Assembly: GCF_025526975.1 (NCBI RefSeq)
Contig: NW_026515668.1
Span: 1,302,001-1,366,000, forward strand
Length of the DNA: 64,000 nucleotides
Direction: 5' to 3'
Origin: Fimicolochytrium jonesii
Lineage: Eukaryota
Each line of letters opens with the position of its first letter. Positions within the stretch are counted from its first letter, which is position 1. The notes under the pieces are model-generated. The model was given only the letters and a program-made list of their open reading frames with translations. It had not been told where the DNA came from and did not search any database. The position numbers were made by a program, and so were the translations under genes. Shown here piece by piece: positions 1 to 9,121 of the stretch.

Positions 1-194
1 CGGATCAGGGCCAAGGCGTGCGCCTGATGTCCCTGCCGGATGCACTGTTGTACTTGTCCCGAAGTGCGTCGCGGAGGCCCTCTCTGTTTTTCCAGATGGG
101 CACGATGGGCGCCAGGGGTTTGCCTGCGCGGGGTGGGCGGAGCCAGAGACGACTTGGCTACGAGCGCTAGCGCGGCGGGTGACGTTAACGCGGG

Positions 195-1274
195 TCACGC
201 ACCTTCTTTTTCATCCCCGTCTTTTTTAGCCCTGTGTTTTCTCTTCCCCCCATTTTTCTCCCCCTCAACAAACAGGGAGCCCACGTAGGTGTCCACAGCA
301 CGCCGGGCTGCGCGGGCGGTGTCGACGGGCTGCCCCATCAGGTCCCCCGCCACGATCCGCGCTGTGTCGTCGCAGTCCGTGACCAGGTAGCTGCGGCCTG
401 CGCTCCGAGAGGATGCAACGATGAGTCGGAGGGGCTCGCCGGCCAGTCTGCAGATCTCGACCAAGCTCTGGGCGGCTGTGATGAGCGCCCCCTCGGCGAC
501 GACGACGTCCGCGATGGTCGCCGATATGCTCCCCACGTCGTCGCGGAGCGCCCTCCTGTTGTCGGGGTCCAGCTGGTCGACCAACGCCCGCGCGAGGCTA
601 CGTTGTGCGCTGTGGCCAAGCAAGTTGGCGGTCCCGGGCCTAGCCTCCGCACCGGCAGCCTCCCTCATCCGCCCCATGTCGACGTCGGCCGTTTTCCGAG
701 CTTCCGCCATGTCCGCCATGCTCAATGACCTGAACCGATCAGCGGGGTCGCCCGCCCGTAGAAGCTGCAGCATTCGGTTGACCATTCTTGTCTTCTCTTG
801 CTGAAGGATGCGTTTGGCGGACTTTCCACTGCGCTTCTTGGGCGCGGCGCTCGCCCCCTCCTCCCCAGCCTCCTCCTCAGCGCGCCCCTCCTCCTCAGCG
901 CACCCCTCCTCCTCCGCGTCGCCCTCCTCCCCCCCTTCCTGCTCATGCTCGCTCCCCTCGTCGCCGACGGCAAGTAGCACGCTGGTGGCCATGTCCGCCA
1001 GCGCCTCCTCGCTCTCGACGTCAGAGTCGGAGCCATCAGCGGCCTTGTCGGCGGCCTCCGCCACCTTCGACCGGCGGGCCGGCATCTAGAAAAAGCAGTG
1101 GATATGCATGTGTCGTTAGCGCCCGCGCGCGGCAGTGCCATATATATGCCCGCTCCACACACCGCCCGCGGTAGCGCCTCCCCGCCCGCGCTATCGCATC
1201 CTTATGGCGAGTCTGTGGTGAGGCTATATATATATGCCAGCTGCACACCCCCATACCTCGCCGGCCGCTTCCAT
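195..1274 (-). CDS. Hypothetical protein (acidic N-terminal region, basic NLS-like tracts KKRSGKSAKR and GGKRKHRAKK)
   Basis: 296-aa ORF 195..1085. A probable short first exon MEAAGE (1274-1257) is joined in phase by an intron GTATGG...GCTAAC...TTTTCTAG (1256-1086). No recognisable domain. Confidence 0.55.
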
Positions 1275-1331
1275 GTTTGACCGGCTAGGGCCGGGCGCCT
1301 TTGCCGCCGCTTGGCTGCGAGTCTCCATCTT

Positions 1332-1396
1332 TGTGTGGGTGTGTGGGTGCGCGTGTGTGTGTGAGTGTGTGTGGGTGTGTGTGTGGGGGTGGGTGT
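1332..1396. repeat. Imperfect (GT)n microsatellite between divergent genes
   Basis: tgtgtgggtgtgtgggtgcgcgtgtgtgtgtgagtgtgtgtgggtgtgtgtgtggggg seen directly. Confidence 0.85.
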
Positions 1397-1701
1397 TTCT
1401 CCGCCTTCCAGAGCCGGCCGCACTTAGCTGCTTAGCCAATCCGCTGGAGGTGGCGCAGTCGCGGCGCAGCCGTGGCTTGCCGGTCACATGTCCACACTGC
1501 TGCTGTGATGATCGCCGCATCTCCAGGACCACACTGCCACACGAAACGTCAAGCGCTTGCAGCGGACGACAGCCCCCCGGCCAGCGCCTCCTTCCAGCTC
1601 AAGCCCGGCAACTCACACAGAGCACGCTCCGACAATGCTCAGCGCTGACGAGGTGAGTGGCCGCTGTGTAGCCGTGGGCGTCTCTGCCGGGTGTTGACCG
1701 C

Positions 1702-2129
1702 CTGATCCCGCAGCCCATGCTGAGCACGACCGCCGCTTGCGGGAGGTCGACCGGCATGGGGTGCGCTGTCTGGGCGTGTTTGCTATCCGCTGATCCCGCC
1801 GCCCATGCTGAGCACGACCGCCGCTTGCGGGAGGTCGACCGGCATGGGGTGCGCTGTCTGGGCGTGTTTGCTATCCGCTGATCCCGCAGCCCATGCTGAG
1901 CACGACCGCCGCTTGCGGGAGGTCGACCGGCATGGGGTGCGCTGTCTGGGCATGTTTGCTATCCGCTGATCCCGCAGCCCATGCTGAGCACGACCGCCGC
2001 TTGCGGGAGGTCGACCGGCATGGGGTGCGCTGTCTGGGCGTGCTTGCTATCCGCTGATCCCGCAGCCCATGCTGAGCACGACCGCCGCTTGCGGGAGGTC
2101 GACCGGCATGGGGTGCGCTGTCTGGGCAT
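1702..2129 (+). repeat. 88-bp tandem repeat, ~4.9 near-identical copies
   Basis: Unit ctgatcccgcagcccatgctgagcacgacc...gctatccg starts at 1702, 1790, 1878, 1966 and 2054. Confidence 0.95.
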
Positions 2130-2214
2130 TCTGCTGTGCCACGTCGATGGTCGCGATTGCGCGGGCTGAGCTGCTAACACCTTCCCCCTCCCCTTCCCCT
2201 CTACCGCGCCGCAG

Positions 2215-3513
2215 GCCACGCCACCCGTCCCACCCACCGCGGTCGAGGCTCTTCTGATGGGCATGGGCGAGAGCCGCGCCACAGCTATCTTCGGCGACAC
2301 GGTGGCCTTTTTGTATCCGCTGCTGGTAGACGCCGGCCTTGCCGCCCGGGACGCCAGCCTAGAAGACAAGGCAAAGGCGATTGGCCTTTTTTCAAAGAAG
2401 ATCAAGCAAGACAGCCCCACCCTTTGGGGTTGGTGGATCAATAGGCCAACGCGGTCCCGTCACCAGAAGAAGCGCGCCAAGCACCACATTGGGCTCCAGT
2501 CCGGCATCATTGCCGCAATCAGCGATGGCAGTCTTACCACGGCCGACTTCTCGGTGGACCCCCAGCCCTCCGCTAGCCGCCCGGCTGTTCACATCGTGGT
2601 GCCAACGCCCGCCTCGTGCGATGGCTGGGAGGGCGAGATGGCCTATGCGGGGTTTGGGAAGCGGCCGGCGAAGGCAAGGGGCCTGGATGGGCTTGAGCAA
2701 ATTGAACCCCGGGGGGGGGCCGACATCTACATCCGCGACGAGCACGGCGCCCTTGTGGCCACAATCTCGTACAATAGCGCGGGTCGTCGCGAGCATGACC
2801 TGCGGCTGGGGCTCATCGTCGAGTCCTGTGGATCCCGGCCGGCTCTGGTTCGATGGAAGGCTTCAAGGGGCACAATGCACGCCGCGGGGCTTCGTCGTGG
2901 CGTCAAGCACTCGGGATATGCCAGGGGGACGTCGCACTATTCAATGAAAGGAGGGGCTGACATGTCGGCAAAGAAGTTTCTCGTCGCCACGGAAAAGGCC
3001 TTCACCAAGCGACTGCTGCAGGAGCTCACCAAACGCAACCCCACCGCGGCGGCCTACCTGATGATGTCCATGCCAGAGGTGTACGGCCCACACTCCGATG
3101 AGTTCGCCCCGCTGTTCACCACGACCAACTACCAAGTGGTCGTTCACTCCGACCCGTCGGACGACGGCGTAGCCGGCAAGCTGAACCCGCACACAGGCCG
3201 CGCCGTATGGAAGCTGACCCCCAAGGAGGAGCTTCCGGAGGAGCTTCAGGCCCGCAAGCTATGCACGCAATGGGTGGCAGGCTATGCCGCCGCTCCGCCA
3301 ACCGTCGTCGGGGAGTGGATATTTGCGCTGCCAGAGCAAGGCTTCTACTTGGTGCTGCAGCCCAACTGCATGTGGACGTGGATGTCTGACAGGCTCCACG
3401 GAACGCCGGTGCTTGACGCGTCCGGCGGCAGTCGCCACACGGCTGTTGTGACGCTGCCCCTGGCGACGGCCGCGGCCATCCGGAAATACGGCCTCCCTGA
3501 TCAAGACGAATAG
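2215..3513 (+). CDS. TET/JBP-like 2-oxoglutarate-Fe(II) dioxygenase (main exon; 5' exon probably near 1635-1652)
   Basis: 418-aa ORF with GTMHAAGLR (resembles the GxMxxxGWR motif of fungal Tet-like proteins), HxD (HSD, 3145-3153), distal His in RLHGT (3397) and Arg in SRHTAVV (3433). A splice acceptor GCTAAC...CCGCAG ending at 2214 is in frame with the ORF; upstream donor GAG|GTGAGT at 1653. Confidence 0.7.
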   Translation, partial: ATPPVPPTAVEALLMGMGESRATAIFGDTVAFLYPLLVDAGLAARDASLEDKAKAIGLFSKKIKQDSPTLWGWWINRPTRSRHQKKRAKHHIGLQSGIIAAISDGSLTTADFSVDPQPSASRPAVHIVVPTPASCDGWEGEMAYAGFGKRPAKARGLDGLEQIEPRGGADIYIRDEHGALVATISYNSAGRREHDLRLGLIVESCGSRPALVRWKASRGTMHAAGLRRGVKHSGYARGTSHYSMKGGADMSAKKFLVATEKAFTKRLLQELTKRNPTAAAYLMMSMPEVYGPHSDEFAPLFTTTNYQVVVHSDPSDDGVAGKLNPHTGRAVWKLTPKEELPEELQARKLCTQWVAGYAAAPPTVVGEWIFALPEQGFYLVLQPNCMWTWMSDRLHGTPVLDASGGSRHTAVVTLPLATAAAIRKYGLPDQDE

Positions 3514-3820
3514 CCGCGCCACCCCCAGCAGCAGCGGCCCCCCCTCGTGCGTAGATGTGGACCTTGACTGCGTAGATTTTGTAGACCTTGCCTGCCTTGC
3601 CTGCGTAGATTTTGCAGACCTTGCCTGTGTAGAAAGGTCCCATCAATAGGCGAGTTTGGCGCGCAAGAGTCCGATGTGGCGAGGGGCTTGCTCCAGTAGC
3701 GCGGGCGAACGTGATGGACCGGACCTCGCTGCGAAGCTTCGGCGGCTGGAGGCCCGAGCTGCCCGTCCAGACCTTGCCCAGCGTGTCTCCGTCCTGCGGG
3801 CGCCACAATGACACGCACAC

Positions 3821-4360
3821 ACGTTAGCGCTGGACTCGTGACGTTAGCGCGGGCGTGGGCGCTAACGCCTGTGAGGCCGCGTTAGCGCGGGCGTGGGCGC
3901 TAACGCCTGTGAGGCCACGTTAGCGCGGGCGTGGGTGCTAACGCCTGTGGGGCCACGTTAGCACGGGCGTGGGTGCTAACGCCTGTGGGGCCACGTTAGC
4001 GCTGGCGTGGGTGCTAACGCCTGTGGGGCCACGTTAGCGCGGGCGTGGGTGCTAACGCCTGTGGGGTCACGTTAGCGTGGGCGTGGGTGCTAACGCCTGT
4101 GGGGCCACGTTAGCGCGGGCGTGGGTGCTAACGCCTGTGAGGCCACGTTAGCGCGGGCGTGGGTGCTAACGCCTGTGGGGCCACGTTAGCGCAGGCGTGG
4201 GTGCTAACGCCTGTGGGGCCACGTTAGCGCGGGCGTGGGTGCTAACGCCTGTGGGGCCACGTTAGCGCGGGCGTGGGTGCTAACGCCTGTGAGGCCACGT
4301 TAGCCCGGGCGTGGGTGCTAACGTCTGTGAGGCCACGTTAGCGCGGGCGTGGGTGCTAGC
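3821..4360 (+). repeat. 38-bp tandem array, 13 full copies plus partials, each with a 9-bp-stem hairpin
   Basis: Unit acgttagcgcgggcgtgggtgctaacgcctgtggggcc starts at 3841, 3879, 3917 ... 4297, with a partial copy at 4335. Internal inverted repeat cgttagcgc/gYgctaacg. Confidence 0.95.
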
Positions 4361-4654
4361 GCCGGCGTGGGTGCCACTCACCGTGCCCCGGGGCTCCGCG
4401 TCTGCAGGCCTCTACATGGACGTGAGCAGACAAGTTCCAGACCGCCAAGACCGAGCTCCTTCTTACAATTGCGCACAATTGCGCACACTTCCACCCTCGC
4501 ACATTCAAGGCAAACCCCCAGCCAATCTCTGAAAGCCTTCAGCACTTCGCAGGTAAGCGGGAGTCCAGGATCCTCCTCGAGAGCAGGCCCCTTGCTCGGC
4601 CCCCTTGATCTGACCACTTGCCTGCACAGCACAGCACAGCGCGGCACAGCCATC

Positions 4655-7519
4655 ATGTCATCACACCAGGCGCTCCAGGGGCACCTGTGGGGTGGCTTCT
4701 TTACGGGAGCAACCACACCACGGCGGAAGAGGAGGAAGGTTACTCCGGCTACCCCGCGGCTGCCCATAAATCTGCCAGCCGCTGTGCAGACACCTTTGCA
4801 ACCACCCCCGCGATTCGAGTTCCCACCTTCTGTCCATCGCCACTTGCCCCAAGCAATTGCAGACATGGTTAGCGAGAGCTCCGGCGATGAAGACGGGCAG
4901 CAGCAGCAGCAACAGCAGCGAGGGCTTTCGCCCGTGGACAGGGGTCTGCAGCGCCCACCGAACCTCCCCGCGCCCATCCCTTTCCGTTTTCCCAGCACAC
5001 CGGGTGGATCCCTGGTGTATGAACCCCCGCCACCACCACCAGCTCAACGACCCCGCCCGCAAACACATGCCAGCACCAAGGTTTCGCTTCACCGAATCAT
5101 CCAAAATCACAATCAAGTCCAAAGGGAGCGCCTGACAACGTTCATCGCCGATGTTCACGTCCTTGCGCGCCACACCACCTTCTTTATCAAGTACTACCTT
5201 GGTGAGTTTTTGAGGTACACTATACTGTATATTTCCCATAAAACAATGTCCTGACTGCTACATCTGCCCACCCCACCACAGCTGACCATCCTCTACACGA
5301 TTTCCCGGACATCACCGACAAGCACATCAGTGTGATGTTTGAGCTGCTCAACAATCCAGGCTACAATGGCAATCCGCTCATCGCGCAAGAGTTGCGTCCA
5401 TGGGTTCAAGACTACTGTAATGTTCACGGATTTGCCCCCATCCGCATGCGAAATTGCCAACAGACCGCAGCGTACACGGCTACGAGCATCCTCACAAACC
5501 TCAAAGTTAACGTACAAGAGCATTTCATGCAAATGTTTCTGCGCTACGTCAATGAGAGGCTTGGTTTGAAGCAAGTCGAACGGCATCTCCGGAGAGCGCA
5601 GCGGCGACACTATTATCGTCGTGTCTGTCAATTTACAAAGTACGCGACGTTTGAAGAGTACCCAACCGAAGAGGAGCTTGCACGCCTCACACGACTTGAG
5701 CAGACCGTCCTCGACGAGTTATGGGCTCTTTTTCCTCCCCAGGATGAGCCGCTTGCGTACAGCCTTGCGGTGGACGCAATGCCATATTTAGGTGAGTTAG
5801 TATATATCCGTCCCCCCCCTCCCCGCGGGTTCCGCTTTTGTCTAATCATGGTCCGCACCTGCCTCGCCTCATCACAGGTGCCTATTGTGAGCTCTCACGC
5901 CTCTATGAGCGCCGTGGAATGCGGCTGTTTTCCGCTATCCCGCTGCGCAAATCTTGAATCCAGTCATCTGTTCGGATCGACACAAAGATCCTAGGCACTC
6001 ATATCCTGGGCTTGAGCCAAAGTCGCATGGGGAAACTTACCGATGAACGCAAGCGGGAGCTGTGGGGGCAGTTTCTCAATGTGAATGTAAGTTAAGTCTG
6101 TATCCCTCTGCGCTTATTTCAATCACCTCGCTGAATGACGATTGGAGGACAAGGTCTTCAAGGATCGAAAGAAGCTTGGTCTCAAATTTGATGGGTCAAT
6201 CAGCACAAACGGGTATTCCGCTACCACCCACTTCAAGAAGCCAGGGCTCAAGTACGGCCATCGCGCTCGGAAGCGCAGCAAAGCCCAAATGCAGGAAGAA
6301 GTCAAGCAGCTGTATTTTGAGCACCACATCGCCGAACTAAGGGAGGCTCCAAACATCGTCTGCATTGATCCGGGCAAGCGTGACCTCTTGTTCTGTCGAG
6401 ACATCAAGAAGGAGCGGCCATTTCGGTGCGTTTCAGTTGATTACTACTGCCCTGCTGTCCCCGCTACCCCCCCCCCCCCCCCCCGTCTCCGCCCGCCAGC
6501 CCCCCGTCTCCACCCGCCAGCCCCCCGTCTCCACCAGCCAGCCCCCCGTCTCCACCCGCCAGCCCCCCGTCTCCGCCCGCCAGCCCCCCGTCTCCGCCAT
6601 CCCCGTTGCGGCGACATTCCGTTGCAGCGTCCTCACAATGCACCACCCCATATCAGATACACATCCAATCAACGGGCGGTCGAGACAAAGTCTCGGTACT
6701 TTCAAAGAGACATGAGAGAGCGAAAGATCAATGCCGGCATCGCTGAGATGGAATCACATATTCCATCGCACAAGAGCATGAACATCGAGGCGTTCTCAGC
6801 GTTCATCGTGGATTACGAACATGCGGGTATGATGTTCCACTTCAACTTTGATTTTCAACTTTGGTAATACATGGGCTGACATCTATATCCCAGATCCCGC
6901 CCTGGATGAGTTTTACCAGGATAAGGTTCACATAGCTCGCAGATTCAAGGCGTTCTCACTGCGGCAAAAGTCTGAGAGCAAGCTCATCAAGGACATGCGC
7001 CGCCTGTATGGAAAGCATTTTTCGGTCATCTTGGGTGATTGGAGCGACGCTGGAAAAACCATGCGCTTTCAGGAGTCATCAAAGACCAAAGGGTGAGTGA
7101 CCATCATTGTTTTTTATGTATTATAATACGCTCACTCATGGGGGGAAATCAGATTCCGCACACTCTTTGCAAGAAACAGCATTCCATGCTACTTGCTAGA
7201 TGAGTATCGAACGTCCTCCCTGTGCCCAGACTGCCACGGGCGTGTGAAGAAAAACATCCGACGCCGGCTGTCACCTCGGCCGTGGCAAGCTAGAAAGGGA
7301 AGAATGGAATACGTCCATGGATTGGTGGGTTGCCCCAACCCCGAATGTATCAACCAAGACTGGACGCCGTTTGAGATTCCTGGAAGACAACCACTACGAC
7401 TACGGATGAAAGTGCACAATCGGGACGTCCTAAGCACCAAGAATTTCCTCTCGATTGTGCGTTCGGTGGTGTTTGGCAATGGCCGCAGACCAGACGCATT
7501 CTCCCGTAACCGTAGGTAG
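4655..7519 (+). CDS. Fanzor1: Fanzor1 (eukaryotic TnpB-like RNA-guided RuvC nuclease), 7 exons, one in-frame TGA (possible pseudogene)
   Basis: Exons 4655-5201, 5282-5791, 5878-6086, 6148-6425, 6657-6826, 6894-7092 and 7153-7519 sum to 2280 nt in one frame. Motifs: FDGSISTNG, RuvC-I CIDPGKRDL (D at 6367), FRYTSNQR, ILGDWS, RuvC-II LDEYRTS (E at 7202), zinc finger CPDC...CPNPEC, RuvC-III HNRDVLSTKNF (D at 7424), N-terminal RRKRRKV NLS-like tract. TGA at 5955-5957. Confidence 0.88.
6467..6598 (+). repeat. Poly-C plus 21-bp tandem repeat (~5.7 copies) inside Fanzor intron 4
   Basis: ccccccgtctccRcccgccag repeated from 6479 to 6598. Confidence 0.9.
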
Positions 7520-7540
7520 TCTAGATTTCACCCCATCCCA

Positions 7541-7640
7541 TTTTCCGTGGGGGTTATCTGCCATCCACATCATTGTACCTCTGCCTGAGGCGTCGCCGAT
7601 GATGGCAACTTGTATTCCCAAACAACATTCCAGATCCAGC
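7541..7640 (+). ncRNA. Candidate Fanzor omegaRNA scaffold plus guide
   Basis: Immediately 3' of the Fanzor stop. Nested stems tggggg(7548-53)/ttccca(7615-20), tgccatc(7559-65)/gatggca(7601-07) and inner cctc/gagg. The position matches known Fanzor omegaRNA loci. Confidence 0.5.
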
Positions 7641-9121
7641 AAGCAGGACACTCCCCAGTTCGGGTATATTGGCAACCGCCGCCGTCAATGGGAAGGAAGT
7701 GGGTCAGAACGACGACGGCAGGACGGGTATCAGTCTCCTCACGACTTTCAGTGTCATCTTGTGAGCCATCTTGCGCTTTGTACCGTAACAGGGGAGAATA
7801 TGAGAATATTCCCACCTGGTGTACTCGACACTAGCTCGACAGTCTTTGATGGAGTCACACAGCGGTGGACCATCTCTTGACAGTGCGTCAAAATCCGTCT
7901 TGCTGGTTCTTACAGGTTGGCGAGATAACTCAACAGCGATGGAGAACCGACGCTCGAGCCTTAGAGAACTGCGTCCGCCGCCGCGCCTCACGATACAAAA
8001 ACCGAATGTCACTATAGAAATCCTGCACGGGTGTCCGTTGTGCTGGTATTCACAACGAATGACGAAGGCCCAAAGTGAATGAATCACAAATGACAGGACC
8101 GGAAGGAAAGGTCAAAATGAAATTCGTCGAAACAGGCCTTGGATTCTCTCTCGCTCAATAAGAGAAACAAAGTCTGGAATGCATCTGGCTGTATCTAGTG
8201 TCAGCAGAGATCATTCCTGTCGGGTGCGAACCGAAATCTCTTCAGAGCCTTTCTTTGATGAGCGCAGATCCTTCGACAACTTGGTAGACAACTTTGTATG
8301 TAGAATGGTTGCACCTTAGTGGTTCCGAAGTTTACTCCTGTATATTACATGGGCATTTTGTCCAAGGTGCCCCTTGCGGATAGCGGTGAGGCGGCGCTTC
8401 AACCTCTGAGTGAGCATTTGTGTGGAATTTTGTGCGCATCGGTGTACTGCCGAAAGCAGCCCGAAACATGCCCTGCACCCAGGCATCCCTCCCCACGAAA
8501 CATATACAGAGTAGGTCCCTGTGCCAGAGCGGAGTTTGAACCTTGATTGAAGGAAGCTCACATGATGAGGTCTCTCACGTTGACCGCAAGCTGGCTGACC
8601 ACGCAAAACAATTCGAAGCGCTGACCAAAACAATCCAGTGCGATCACCGCATGTGCCAAACCGACGTTCGTCCTGTCGGAAATGCGCCCACGCCTGTCGA
8701 GATACGGCGCCGTAAGCAAAAGGCCAAGCAAACAGGGCTTGCCTGTTGCTTCTGTGTTCCTGCCGCGTTCGATGATCGAATCCATCACGAGGCCCCACCG
8801 TTCACCTTCCTTCAACCACTGCGTAGTCAACTTTGCGAGTGGAGGTCCTGTTATCTCTCTGTGCATATCCTCTCTACGACATCCGGCACTTTGAAATCGA
8901 GTGTATCCTATCGTGAGGCCACCGCGCAATGGCGCATTAGGTATGTGTGTCAGTCGGGCATGTACTCGGAACTTTCGTCGGTGTCTTGGACTGTGGGAAA
9001 TTTACTTGGGAAAACCGGGCTCATAGATTTGTTGAAACCCTCAGTGGTATTCTCCTCGGACCCAACACCTCATATCATAGAAGCCACGAAACGGCGCAGT
9101 TTTGTAATATCTTCCGCAGCT

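Larger units (their letters stand above)
1..7620. mobile_element. Putative GC-rich mobile element carrying unknown ORF + TET/JBP-like dioxygenase + Fanzor1 (left end outside window)
   Basis: Positions 1-4400 are visibly more GC/CpG-rich than the host genes downstream. The block holds two gene types known as transposon cargo plus tandem arrays. The right end is inferred from the structured segment after the Fanzor stop. No transposase or TIR/TSD seen in the window. Confidence 0.55.

Noticed and set aside
1139..1236. TATATA runs as TATA boxes
   Set aside because: They fall inside the probable first intron of the minus-strand ORF, so a promoter role is unsupported.
3549..3627. Short gcgtagat...accttg direct repeats after the TET-like stop
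   Set aside because: Only 2-3 degenerate copies, consistent with local slippage.
3821..4360. 38-bp palindromic array next to a RuvC nuclease read as a CRISPR array
   Set aside because: Units are head-to-tail with no unique spacers (only point variants), and there are no cas genes.
7521..7524. CTAG after the Fanzor stop as a Helitron 3' end
   Set aside because: No convincing GC hairpin just upstream, the next base is not T, and no Rep/Helicase is in the window.
8543..9121. N-terminal 193 codons of the 685-aa ORF
   Set aside because: TTG start and non-protein-like composition; ATG 9122 is more plausible in a eukaryote.
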